This document shows, piece by piece, positions 11,467 through 21,874 of a stretch of DNA of 64,000 nt. Below the pieces are notes generated by a model that worked only from the letters and a program-made list of their open reading frames with translations, was not told the origin of the DNA and ran no database searches. The stretch spans positions 16,921 through 80,920 of IMG/VR virus record IMGVR_UViG_3300020474_000004; one strand, 5' to 3'. The translations under genes and the position numbers were made by a program. Origin of the DNA: a virus. Within the stretch, counting starts at the first letter, position 1. Every line of letters starts with the position of its first letter.

Positions 11467-14400
11467 ATGCCACAGCAAACGAATCTAAATGTAGCGCCAT
11501 ATTTTGACGATTTTGATCCGACGAACGAGTATCAAAAAGTATTATTTAAGCCTGGATATCCTGTTCAGGCTAGAGAATTAACTACATTACAATCTATACT
11601 ACAGAACCAAGTTGAAAAGTTTGGTCAACACTTCTTTAAAGAAGGTGCCAAGGTCATTCCTGGAAATACTGGATATTCTCAGCTATATTATGCAGTGCAG
11701 TTATCTAGCACATTCCAAGGAGTTCCTGTTGAAGCGTATGCAAGTCAATTGATTGGATCTACAATCACAGGACAAACCTCTGGGGTAACCGCAACGGTTG
11801 ATAATGTATTATTTTCTGCTGACTCTGAAAGAGGAAATTTAACTCTTTATGTTGCATATGTAGGATCTTCCACAGCAGATAATACAACACAAACTTTCTT
11901 TGATGGTGAGGAACTATCTTCCAATCAGATAATATCTTCTGGACTTTTTGGAAACTCGACTATTGAACCTGGCACTCCATTTGCAACCACTATAATTAAT
12001 GGTGCTGCTGCAACGGGTTCCGTCTTTCAGATTGACTCTGGAGTATATTTTATTCGTGGTCATTTTATCAGTGTCAATAAAGAATCTTTAATATTAGATC
12101 AATATAGCAATACTCCTAGTTACAGAGTGGGACTTTTTGTTAATGAAGAGATTGTTAATTCAAATGCAGATGAATCTTTAAATGATAATTCTCAAGGATT
12201 TAATAATTATGGAGCACCAGGTGCTGACAGATTACGAATGTCTGTTGGATTATTCAAAAAATCTCTTACCGATACAAATGATGATAATTTTATAGAATTA
12301 GCAACTATTGAAAATGGAAATTTAAAAACATCTCAGACTAGAAGGGGTAGTGCTGCTAGAGGGAATGGTGGTGTATTTTATGATGATCTTACGGATGTTC
12401 TAGCAAGAAGAACTTATGATGAAAGTGGTCACTATATTGTTAAACCTTTTAATGTTTCTATTGTTAACTCACTTAACAATAATAGAGGAAATCAAGGAGT
12501 ATTTCAAGCGGGACAGTTTACTTATAGTGGTGGAACACCCTCAAATGATTTAGCACTTTGTAGAATATCTCCAGGTAAAGCATATGTGCGAGGATATGAA
12601 ATAGAAACTATCGCACCAACTTTTATTGATGTCCCCAAACCCAGAACAACTAAGACAGTTGAAGATCAGTTTATAGAATACAATACTGGTCCAACTTTAA
12701 AGTTGAATAGTGTTTTTAGAACTCCAACAGTTGGTGTCGGAAACACCTTCGTAGTCAGTCTTAGAAGTGATAGAGTTGGATCTGATCCACAAGTCGCATC
12801 AGGGAAAGAAGTAGGATTAGCTAGAGTATTTGATTTTAGATTAGAGTCTGGTTCTTATGATGCTTCACTACCAGATACAAATGAGTGGGGAATATCCTTA
12901 TTTGATGTTCAATCGTTCACAGAAATTGCAGTTAATCAAAATGTGACATTATCAGTTCCAGCATATGTTGAGGGGGATAGTAGTGGTGCGACAGCATTTC
13001 TAAGAAGTTCTGTTAATGTCGGAACAGCACTAACAGTCTATGATAAAAAAGGCGAATTTATAAAAGATGAAAAACTTATTTTTAGAAGTGGAATTTCTAA
13101 TGATAAAATTACTGAGAGTAGAGTCGCTATAGCAATCACTTCACAAAGTTTATCTGACGCTAAATCTTTATTTGGAGATTTTGGTGTTGGCGCATCTGCC
13201 TCCGGAGATAATAGAGTTGGTATCAATACTTTTAGTGCCAATGTTGTTCAGTCATCTCTATCAAGCGTAGGGATTGTTACGGTAACTGCTACAAGTGGTG
13301 GTGCAAGCACAGTTAGAGGTACTAGCCCTACGATTCCTAGTATATTTAAAGAAGGTAATATCGTCAGATTTACTCAAACTAGCAGCGCCAGTGATGATAA
13401 AGTTTTAGCAAAGGTTTCTGGAGTCGGAACTGATAGCATCACGATCAGTCAGGGTATTAGTGTGCCTGGAGTATGTGATAGATTAGATTTAAGTGCTGTT
13501 ACAACAGTTAATGATCTTGAACTCGTAACAACTAATCTTGATACATCTTCTGATAATACATTATACACCAGGTTTCCGAAAGAACACATTGCTACTGTCG
13601 ATCTAACCGATGCGACTCTCACAATCAGAAAAACTTTCACCGTTAGTATTACTAACGGACAGTTGTCAGCAGTGAGTATAACTGACACGACTTTACCTGA
13701 GGGAGAGATATATTTACCATTCACAAGTGCTAGATATTCATTGATAAGATCCAACGGAGTAACCGAACCTCTAACAAGAGATAAGATTGCATTTGCTTCT
13801 GATGGAAAAGTTATTAGAATACGTAATTTAGGAGCAAATGATACTGGTGCAAAACTAATTGTTACAGTATCTAAATCTAAAGTAAAATCTAAGAAAAAAT
13901 TAGTCAATGCTGCAAAAAGTTTAGTTGTAGATAAATCAACTAATCCAGCATCCGGAATTGGATCAACGACTATAAATGATGGATTGGATTATGGAAATTA
14001 TGCCTTCGGAATTAGAGTTCAGGATAAGTTAATCTCGTTAAATACTCCAGATATAATTGAAATCCATGGAGTTTATGAGTGCTCTGATCCTACTTTAGGT
14101 GATGCTTCTTTTGGAGCACCACAAATGTCACTCACTCAGATGAATGGCGTATCTGGAACAACTGCCGATGTAACACTTGGAGAACTTTTTGTTGGGCAGA
14201 GCAGCGGTGCATCTGCAGTATATGGAGAATTTGTTAACAATTCCACAATTAGATATCTTGTAAAAAATAATTTTGGATTTGTAGAAGGAGAAACTGTTAT
14301 CTTCCAAGAAACTGGAGTACAAGGTGTGGTCAGTAATTTAACTACAACATCTTTTGATCTAACCACCAACTATACCTTTAATGCTGGACAGAAAGACACC

Positions 14401-17400
14401 TTTTTTGACTTTGGAGCATTAAGAAGAAAGGATGGGTTTGATTCTCCAACTAATAAGATTAAGATTTATTTTAAGAGTGCATCGTTTGATTCGACGGATG
14501 ATGGAGATATTGTAACAGTAGAATCTTATAATGATTTCAATTACTCTACAGAAGTTAAGGGTATAAAAGGAGTTTTGAATACAGATCTAATAGATCTTAG
14601 ACCAAGAGTCAGTGATCATTCTGTATTAGAAAACTCTAGATCTCCACTAGAGTTTTTGGGTAGAAGTTTTAGTTCTGTTGGAAGTTCGGTTCCAAATATT
14701 TTAGCATCCAATGAAAATATTTTCTTAGATTATTCTTATTTTCAATCTAGAATAGATAGACTTTTCTTACATAAAGATGGAAAATTCCAATTCAAATTTG
14801 GAACTCCATCCGATGACCCATCAAGATCTAGACCAGAACCAGTTGATAATGCAATAGAGATTGCAGAAATAATATATCCACCATATCTCCATAATGTAGA
14901 GCAGGCATCTATTAAATTCCTGAAATACAAGAGATTCCAAATGAAGGATATTAAGAAACTTGAGGATAGAATCAAGAATCTTGAATATTACACTCAACTT
15001 TCTTTACTTGAGACTAACACAGCAAATATGCTTGTGTTGGATGAAAATGGAACTAATAGGTTTAAGTCAGGTTTCTTCGTTGATAACTTTACTTCTTTTA
15101 AGTCGCAAGAAACTGGAGTAGAGAAGAAAAATTCTATAGATCAAGTTCATAAGCATTTAAGACCAAAACATTTTACAACTTCAGTTGATCTTCAAACTGG
15201 ACCAGTTATAAATGTTGATGAAAATGAAGATAAGAGAACATCTCCAATTGAAGGAATTAATGTAAGAAAGCAAAATGATATTATTAGTCTGGAGCACTCT
15301 GAAGAGGTATATATTGAACAGAGTTTTGCAACAAGAACTGAAAGTGTTACACCTTTCTTAATTAGTTTCTGGCAGGGAACTATTACACTCACTCCATCTT
15401 CAGATACTTGGATTGATCAAACCAGAATATCTGCTAAGACTATTGACACCATGGGCAACTATGCAATGGCATTGGCTGCTGCAGAAGAACAATTTGGTAT
15501 TGATCCACAAACAGGATTCTCCGGAGAAGTATGGAATTCTTGGGAAAATGATTGGTCTGGAACATATACTTATGAGATTGAGTCCGTTCAAAGAAATGAG
15601 TACTCAGAGGTAACTTTTGGACGTGGTGGATGGATTAATGGGGATCCAGCTTCATCTCCAGCACAATGGGTTAGACAGTCCTCTAATCAGGTTATTGAAG
15701 ATGATAAGCAACATACTATAGAATCTGGAGATAAAACTAGAACAGGTATTCAACATTATATTGTCGAAGAATTTGAAAATGTAAGTGTTGGTGACAAGGT
15801 TGTTAGCACTGAGGTAGTAAAGTCTGTTCGTTCTAGAAACATTGAGTTCTACGCTACTAACTTAAAACCAAGCACTAGAATTTATGCATTCTTTGATGGT
15901 AGAGATGTCACTAATTTCTGCGTTCCTAAACTGCTTGAAATTAGAATGACATCGGGAACTTTTGAAGTTGGCGAAAGAGTTGTAGGTACAACTTCTTCAA
16001 CAACCACTGCAGATTCTGAACGCTCTATAAGATTTAGAGTAGCACAATCTAATCATAGAAGAGGTGATTATAACGCACCAGATGAAATATACTCTGATAA
16101 TCCATATGTACCTGGCGGATTAATACCTGCTAACTATTCCTCAACTTCTACGACACTGAACGTAGATACATATTCACTTTCAAATCAACCACAAGGTGAG
16201 TATTATGGATATGTAGTTACTGGCATGACTTTGAAGGGAGTCAGAAGTGGCGCTACTGCAGAGGTTGTAAACGTAAGATTGATATCTGATAATTCCTCAG
16301 CACTTGGTGGAAGTTTTTATATTCCCCAATCTAGCAATAGGGATAATCCTACCTTTGAAACTGGATCAAATGTATTTACTTTAACAAATAATTCAGATAA
16401 TGATCAGAATACTGCTACTACAGTGGCAGAGGAAGCATATGCTACTTCTGGACTTCTAGAGACTCTACAGGACCAAATACTTTCAATTAGAAATGCTAGA
16501 GTAGAATCTAAGAAAATCTTCCAAAGTGAAGTAATAAACAGAACTATTGGAACAGAAATAGTTTCATCTAGAAATCTTGGTGCTGCAGATGTCAGCGAGG
16601 AAATTGTTGGGTACTATGATCCATTAGCCCAATCATTTGAGGTAAAAGATGCTACTGGAGTATTTGTTACTAAGTGTGATGTCTTCTTTAGAACTAAAGA
16701 CGATGCAAATACCCCTATAAGATTCCAAATCAGAACCATGAAGGATGGTTTCCCCACTGCGAAATATTTTGATCTCTCTGAAGTAATTCTATATCCAGAA
16801 GATGTAATTACTTCAACAGATGGATCTATTGCTACGACATTTGAATTTGCTGCTCCTGTTTATCTTGAAGGTGGAAATGAGTATGCAATCTGCTTGATTT
16901 CAAATTCAACAAAATATAGTGTTTATATTTCTAGAGTTGGTGAAAATGATATTCTTTCTGATACATTTATTTCCAATCAACCAACACTCGGATCATTATT
17001 TAAATCTCAAAATGCATCAACATGGGAAGCAAGTCAGTGGGAAGACTTAAAGTTTACCATGTATAGAGCAGAGTTTGTAGAATCTGGATCTATTGACCTT
17101 TACAGTCCAGAGTTATCTGGTGGTAATAAGCAAGTCGCTACCTTAATGAATAATTCGCTTAATGTAATTTCTAATCAAATTCGTGTTGGTCTGGGAACTA
17201 CAGTTGCAGATAATCGTTATAACCTTGGTAATACATTCTTCCAGGCAGGAAGTGATGCTACAGGCGATTTAGTTGGTGTTGCAGCAAGTGCGACAGGATC
17301 CCTATCTATAACAAATCCTGGTATTGGATATACTCCAGTATCTGGATCCTTTACTTTCTCAGATGTAAATCTTGTCACAGTTACAGGTGATGGTTCTGGT

Positions 17401-19110
17401 GCAACTGCTGAGGTAAGCGTAGCAAATGGTGTTGCGGTAGCAGCAACTATTACCGGTAATGGAGGAAATGGATATCAAGTCGGTGATGTTGTTTCTATTA
17501 GTGCAATTGGTGAGGCTAGTATTGGAAGAAATGCTAGATTTACTTTAACATCGATTGGACATACTTCACAATTACTTCTTGATAATGTACAGGGAGAATT
17601 TATTACAGGTGCAGCAGGAACCATCAGTTTCTTTGATGCTGATGGAGTGGCAAGAGTGCTTAATAATGGAACATTTAATGGAACTGCTTTTGGTGGTGAT
17701 GTTACAATACCTTCTACGGGAATAACAAGTGTAAGCGATGGTTTACATATTAAAGTGAACCATAAAAATCATGGAATGTATTTTGCAGATAACTTTGTTA
17801 GAATAACTGGAGTCTTACCAGATATTAAACCAGTTAAGTTGACTGCACCTTATAGCGTATCATCTACAGACCCAATACAAGTATCAGATGGATCAATCTT
17901 TAGTTCATTCGAAAATGTAGGTATAGGAACGACTAATACTGGATTGTTATTAATTGGAGATGAAGTTATTGAATACACCAGCACTACCAGTTCATCAGTT
18001 GGTGGAAATATTACTAGAGGTATTAATAATACTTTAGTCAAATCATATCCTATTGATACACCAGTCTATAAGTATGAACTTGGCGGAGTTAATTTGTCCA
18101 GAATCAATAAAACCCATGATTTACAAGATGTTTCTATCTCCGATCCAATTACCTTAGATTCTTATCATATCAAGTTAGATATGAGTCAAAAATATGGATC
18201 TTTAGGTATAAACAATAATGCGGATAGATCAACTGGACAATCATTCCCCAAACTGTCTATTGGTGGAAGTAAATCTACAGGCGGAGAAACAATTACTGCT
18301 ACACAGAATATACCATTTGAGATGATTAAACCATCTATTCATAATATTTCGGTTGAAGGAACTTCTATTTCTGGTCAAGTAAGAACGACTACATCACAAA
18401 GTATTAGTGGCACTGAAATACCATATGTTAATAGTGGATTTGAAGATGTAACTCTTAATGCTAATAATTATCTTGATTCTCCTAGAGCGATATATTCCAA
18501 AGTTAATGAAGATAGAAAACTTGACTTTATTGAGGGAAATAAGTCTCTTCAAATGAGATTATTCCTTAATACAACCAACACAAAACTCTCCCCACAAATT
18601 GAACTTCAGAGATGTAATGTTATAACAACATCAAATAGAGTAAACAGTGTGATTTCTAATTATGCAACTGATTCTAGAGTAAATGGTATTGAAACTGATC
18701 CAACTGCATGTCAGTATATTTCAAAAGAAATTGTTATTGAAAATCCAGCAACATCTCTTAAGGTAATGCTAGATGCTCATGTAAATGCAACTTCGGATAT
18801 CAGAGTATTCTATGCTATAAGTGGTGACTCTGGATCTGAACCCATATTCACACCTTTCCCAGGATACTTAAATATTAATTCCAGAGGATTAGTGATTGAT
18901 GAAAAAGATAATGATGGAAGATCAAACAAACTTGTTACTCATTCTAATAAAGATGGATTTGGATACACAGACTGCCATTTCAAAGAATATGTTTTTGAAG
19001 TGGATCGACTTCCTTCATTCAGATCATATAGGATTAAAATCGTCATGACATCAACAAGTCAAGTGTTTGTACCTAGAATGAGAGACTTGAGAGTATTAGC
19101 ATTAGCATAA
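11467..19110 (+). CDS. Large virion structural protein, VrlC-like/DUF4815-like
   Basis: MPQQTNLNVAPYFDDFD...VLFKPGYPVQARELTTLQSILQNQ, APGADRL, RFKSGFFVDNF, DPLAQSF, GSLFKSQNASTW, ends PRMRDLRVLALA; follows gp8. Confidence 0.85.
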   Translation: MPQQTNLNVAPYFDDFDPTNEYQKVLFKPGYPVQARELTTLQSILQNQVEKFGQHFFKEGAKVIPGNTGYSQLYYAVQLSSTFQGVPVEAYASQLIGSTITGQTSGVTATVDNVLFSADSERGNLTLYVAYVGSSTADNTTQTFFDGEELSSNQIISSGLFGNSTIEPGTPFATTIINGAAATGSVFQIDSGVYFIRGHFISVNKESLILDQYSNTPSYRVGLFVNEEIVNSNADESLNDNSQGFNNYGAPGADRLRMSVGLFKKSLTDTNDDNFIELATIENGNLKTSQTRRGSAARGNGGVFYDDLTDVLARRTYDESGHYIVKPFNVSIVNSLNNNRGNQGVFQAGQFTYSGGTPSNDLALCRISPGKAYVRGYEIETIAPTFIDVPKPRTTKTVEDQFIEYNTGPTLKLNSVFRTPTVGVGNTFVVSLRSDRVGSDPQVASGKEVGLARVFDFRLESGSYDASLPDTNEWGISLFDVQSFTEIAVNQNVTLSVPAYVEGDSSGATAFLRSSVNVGTALTVYDKKGEFIKDEKLIFRSGISNDKITESRVAIAITSQSLSDAKSLFGDFGVGASASGDNRVGINTFSANVVQSSLSSVGIVTVTATSGGASTVRGTSPTIPSIFKEGNIVRFTQTSSASDDKVLAKVSGVGTDSITISQGISVPGVCDRLDLSAVTTVNDLELVTTNLDTSSDNTLYTRFPKEHIATVDLTDATLTIRKTFTVSITNGQLSAVSITDTTLPEGEIYLPFTSARYSLIRSNGVTEPLTRDKIAFASDGKVIRIRNLGANDTGAKLIVTVSKSKVKSKKKLVNAAKSLVVDKSTNPASGIGSTTINDGLDYGNYAFGIRVQDKLISLNTPDIIEIHGVYECSDPTLGDASFGAPQMSLTQMNGVSGTTADVTLGELFVGQSSGASAVYGEFVNNSTIRYLVKNNFGFVEGETVIFQETGVQGVVSNLTTTSFDLTTNYTFNAGQKDTFFDFGALRRKDGFDSPTNKIKIYFKSASFDSTDDGDIVTVESYNDFNYSTEVKGIKGVLNTDLIDLRPRVSDHSVLENSRSPLEFLGRSFSSVGSSVPNILASNENIFLDYSYFQSRIDRLFLHKDGKFQFKFGTPSDDPSRSRPEPVDNAIEIAEIIYPPYLHNVEQASIKFLKYKRFQMKDIKKLEDRIKNLEYYTQLSLLETNTANMLVLDENGTNRFKSGFFVDNFTSFKSQETGVEKKNSIDQVHKHLRPKHFTTSVDLQTGPVINVDENEDKRTSPIEGINVRKQNDIISLEHSEEVYIEQSFATRTESVTPFLISFWQGTITLTPSSDTWIDQTRISAKTIDTMGNYAMALAAAEEQFGIDPQTGFSGEVWNSWENDWSGTYTYEIESVQRNEYSEVTFGRGGWINGDPASSPAQWVRQSSNQVIEDDKQHTIESGDKTRTGIQHYIVEEFENVSVGDKVVSTEVVKSVRSRNIEFYATNLKPSTRIYAFFDGRDVTNFCVPKLLEIRMTSGTFEVGERVVGTTSSTTTADSERSIRFRVAQSNHRRGDYNAPDEIYSDNPYVPGGLIPANYSSTSTTLNVDTYSLSNQPQGEYYGYVVTGMTLKGVRSGATAEVVNVRLISDNSSALGGSFYIPQSSNRDNPTFETGSNVFTLTNNSDNDQNTATTVAEEAYATSGLLETLQDQILSIRNARVESKKIFQSEVINRTIGTEIVSSRNLGAADVSEEIVGYYDPLAQSFEVKDATGVFVTKCDVFFRTKDDANTPIRFQIRTMKDGFPTAKYFDLSEVILYPEDVITSTDGSIATTFEFAAPVYLEGGNEYAICLISNSTKYSVYISRVGENDILSDTFISNQPTLGSLFKSQNASTWEASQWEDLKFTMYRAEFVESGSIDLYSPELSGGNKQVATLMNNSLNVISNQIRVGLGTTVADNRYNLGNTFFQAGSDATGDLVGVAASATGSLSITNPGIGYTPVSGSFTFSDVNLVTVTGDGSGATAEVSVANGVAVAATITGNGGNGYQVGDVVSISAIGEASIGRNARFTLTSIGHTSQLLLDNVQGEFITGAAGTISFFDADGVARVLNNGTFNGTAFGGDVTIPSTGITSVSDGLHIKVNHKNHGMYFADNFVRITGVLPDIKPVKLTAPYSVSSTDPIQVSDGSIFSSFENVGIGTTNTGLLLIGDEVIEYTSTTSSSVGGNITRGINNTLVKSYPIDTPVYKYELGGVNLSRINKTHDLQDVSISDPITLDSYHIKLDMSQKYGSLGINNNADRSTGQSFPKLSIGGSKSTGGETITATQNIPFEMIKPSIHNISVEGTSISGQVRTTTSQSISGTEIPYVNSGFEDVTLNANNYLDSPRAIYSKVNEDRKLDFIEGNKSLQMRLFLNTTNTKLSPQIELQRCNVITTSNRVNSVISNYATDSRVNGIETDPTACQYISKEIVIENPATSLKVMLDAHVNATSDIRVFYAISGDSGSEPIFTPFPGYLNINSRGLVIDEKDNDGRSNKLVTHSNKDGFGYTDCHFKEYVFEVDRLPSFRSYRIKIVMTSTSQVFVPRMRDLRVLALA

Positions 19111-19111
19111 C

Positions 19112-19339
19112 ATGGGTACTTACACAGTCAAAGGTCACAAGGATCTCGCAAGAGATCCCAATACTAATAATATTGTCAATGTCAACAATGTGGAGTATGA
19201 TCAATACATAGCAACCAGAGAATCAAAGAGCAAAAAGAATGAAAAAATACAGAATATAGAGGATGAGGTTGCTAGTATGAAGAACGACATTAATGACATC
19301 AAGTCTTTACTAAAGGAGTTAGTCAATGGATCCAAATGA
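19112..19339 (+). CDS. Small hypothetical protein with C-terminal coiled coil
   Basis: 75 aa, VKGHKDLARDPNT.. motif, heptad C-terminus; starts 1 nt after the upstream stop. Confidence 0.75.
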   Translation: MGTYTVKGHKDLARDPNTNNIVNVNNVEYDQYIATRESKSKKNEKIQNIEDEVASMKNDINDIKSLLKELVNGSK

Positions 19340-19508
19340 AATTCAATTGAATAATCTTTCAAAAAGTTTTGCATATCAAAAAATAGCATCTGATATTGAC
19401 GAATGCAATGATCGCGATATGCTTAAAGATATTGCAAAATCTTTCTGCAAACTTTACTATAAGCAGCAAGAAACTATGCAGACTATTGGATTATCTTACG
19501 GCGACTAA
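19326..19508 (+). CDS. Small helical protein, NblA-like pattern
   Basis: 60 aa; SD GGAG upstream; LSKSFAYQKIASDIDE...DMLKDIAKSFCKLYYKQQ resembles the NblA helix-loop-helix pattern. Confidence 0.65.
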   Translation: MDPNEIQLNNLSKSFAYQKIASDIDECNDRDMLKDIAKSFCKLYYKQQETMQTIGLSYGD

Positions 19509-19511
19509 ATA
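19505..19511 (+). promoter_or_regulatory. Late promoter (CTAAATA) for gp13
   Basis: Late consensus overlapping the upstream TAA. Confidence 0.6.
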
Positions 19512-19533
19512 CACTTAGGAAACTTGTGAATAA

Positions 19534-20376
19534 ATGGCAAAACCAGCAAGTAGATCAGAATTAATAGATTACTGTAAGAGGCAACTGGGAGCTCCTGTAT
19601 TGGAGATCAACGTTGCCGATGAGCAGCTTGATGACTTGGTTGATGATGCCTTACAGGTATTCCAAGAACGTGATTATGATGGAACGACAAATACATACTT
19701 GAAGTATAAGATCACTCAAGATGATATTGATAGGGGAAGAGGTAGAGGTGGATCCAATCCAATTGGAATTGTAACAACAACAGCTACCTCAACGGTTGGT
19801 GTTTCTACTACATTTTCATTTGAAGAAAATAGTAATTATCTTCAAGTTCCTCCTGAAGTATTGGGAGTTACAAAGATATTCCATTTTAGTGGTGCTAATA
19901 CCACAGCAAATAATATGTTTAGTATTAAATATCAATTATTCTTAAATGATATTTACTACTTCGGATCGACTGAAATACTCACCTATGCAATGACAAAAAG
20001 ATATCTTGAAGATATTGATTTTGCTTTGACTACACAAAAACAGATTAGATTTAATATTAGACAAGATAGACTTTATTTGGATATAGACTGGGCTAGTGTT
20101 GATGTAGATGATTATCTTGTAATCGATTGCTATAGACTCATTGACCCTAATGATTTTCCGAGAGTATATAATGATGCTTTTTTAAAGCGTTATTTGACTG
20201 CACTTATTAAAAGGCAATGGGGTCAAAATTTAATTAAGTTTCAAGGAGTCAAACTACCAGGTGGAGTTGAGTTAAATGGTAGACAAATATATGATGACGC
20301 AGAAAGAGAATTGGATAAGATTAAAGAGGTAATGTCGAATACCTATGAACTACCACCTCTTGACATGATAGGATAA
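19534..20376 (+). CDS. gp13: Neck protein
   Basis: YCKRQLGAPVLEINVADEQ, KRQWGQNLIKFQGVKLPGGVELNG, ends PPLDMIG. Confidence 0.95.
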   Translation: MAKPASRSELIDYCKRQLGAPVLEINVADEQLDDLVDDALQVFQERDYDGTTNTYLKYKITQDDIDRGRGRGGSNPIGIVTTTATSTVGVSTTFSFEENSNYLQVPPEVLGVTKIFHFSGANTTANNMFSIKYQLFLNDIYYFGSTEILTYAMTKRYLEDIDFALTTQKQIRFNIRQDRLYLDIDWASVDVDDYLVIDCYRLIDPNDFPRVYNDAFLKRYLTALIKRQWGQNLIKFQGVKLPGGVELNGRQIYDDAERELDKIKEVMSNTYELPPLDMIG

Positions 20377-21836
20377 TGGTACTTAATCCTTTTTTCTTAC
20401 AAGGTTCTCATGGAGAACAAAGTCTTGTACAAGATATCATAAATGAGCAACTTAAAATATATGGGGTAGAAGTACATTATATGCCCCGCAAATATCTTAC
20501 GGAGTCTAGTGTAATAAGAGAGGTAATTCAATCTTCTTTCGATCAAGCATATCCTATAGAAGCATACGTTAATAATTTTGACGGATATGGAGATAATACT
20601 ACAATATTATCTAAATTTGGAATTCAACAAACTCAGGAAATAAGTTTAATAATTTCTAAGGAAAGATTTGAAACATATATTTCAACATTGATGAGTCTTG
20701 AAGAAAATATGAAGTTAACTACAAGACCAAAAGAGGGTGATCTAATTTACTTTCCACTTGGTGATAGGTTATTCGAAATAAAATTTGTAGAACACGAAAA
20801 ACCATTCTATCAACTGAGAAAAAATTATGTTTATGAACTAACTTGCGAGTTGTTCAGATATGAAGATGAGGTTATTGATACTGGTAATGATGAAATAGAT
20901 GATGTATTAATTGGTGGAGAATCTGATGGTTTGACTGATGATAATATTTCTACAATTATTGGACCGACTCAGACACTTACTATGATTGGAGTTGGAGTTA
21001 CAGCAACTGCTATTGCTGGAAATCCTCAGAATGGTGGAGTTAGAAGTTTTGCTATATCAAATAGAGGAGCTGGATATCTTTCCATCCCATCTGTCACACT
21101 CTCCAATGTTCCTTCTGGTGGAATAATTGGAATAGGGTCAGTGACCAAAATGATTGGTGGAATTAATTTTTGCAATCTTAATGCAAATCCAGGAGCACAA
21201 TCAGTTCAACAATTAGATGTTGTAAATCCAGGTCGTGGATATGTTGAACCACCTAAGGTCAAATTTAAAAAGACTAGTGGAAGAACAGGAACTGGAGCAG
21301 CTGCTACTTCAATCATTGGAGATGGTGTTGTTGGAATTATAACTGTTACAGATGGTGGTGGGGGATATACTGTTCCACCAGAAATTACTTTTAGTAATGA
21401 AAACTTCTTAAGTGGAGTGACTACTGTATCAGCTGCCGCAACAGCAATAGTTAGTGCTGCGGGCACTATTACTGAAATAAGATTTATGGAAGCAGGTGCT
21501 GGATATAGTGCGGCACCAACAATAACCATTGGAAATCCTCATATTGGATCAACTGGAGAGTTTATATTTAATGAAACTATCACTGGTTCTACTAGTGGAA
21601 CAACAGCAAGAGTACGTATCTGGACAAATTCAACCAATGTTCTTGAAGTAGGAAATGTTGATGGTACATTTATTGTGGGAGAAACTATAGTTGGATCGGT
21701 ATCAAGTGCATCTCATATTCTAAGAGTTATCGACAAAGAACCAGATAATGATCCATATGCTGATAATTTTGATATAGAAACGGAAGCAGATAAGATAATT
21801 GACTTCTCCGAACGTAATCCCTTTGGAATTCCCTAA
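20376..21836 (+). CDS. gp14: Neck protein (head completion) with Gly-rich insertion
   Basis: MVLNPFFLQGS, RPKEGDLIYFPL, LFEIKFVEHEKPFYQL, ends DFSERNPFG. Confidence 0.93.
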   Translation: MVLNPFFLQGSHGEQSLVQDIINEQLKIYGVEVHYMPRKYLTESSVIREVIQSSFDQAYPIEAYVNNFDGYGDNTTILSKFGIQQTQEISLIISKERFETYISTLMSLEENMKLTTRPKEGDLIYFPLGDRLFEIKFVEHEKPFYQLRKNYVYELTCELFRYEDEVIDTGNDEIDDVLIGGESDGLTDDNISTIIGPTQTLTMIGVGVTATAIAGNPQNGGVRSFAISNRGAGYLSIPSVTLSNVPSGGIIGIGSVTKMIGGINFCNLNANPGAQSVQQLDVVNPGRGYVEPPKVKFKKTSGRTGTGAAATSIIGDGVVGIITVTDGGGGYTVPPEITFSNENFLSGVTTVSAAATAIVSAAGTITEIRFMEAGAGYSAAPTITIGNPHIGSTGEFIFNETITGSTSGTTARVRIWTNSTNVLEVGNVDGTFIVGETIVGSVSSASHILRVIDKEPDNDPYADNFDIETEADKIIDFSERNPFGIP

Positions 21837-21839
21837 ATA
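21833..21839 (+). promoter_or_regulatory. Late promoter (CTAAATA) for gp15
   Basis: Late consensus overlapping gp14 TAA. Confidence 0.6.
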
Positions 21840-21874
21840 AAAATATCTTCTTCAAGATATTTTAGGTTTTAGCA

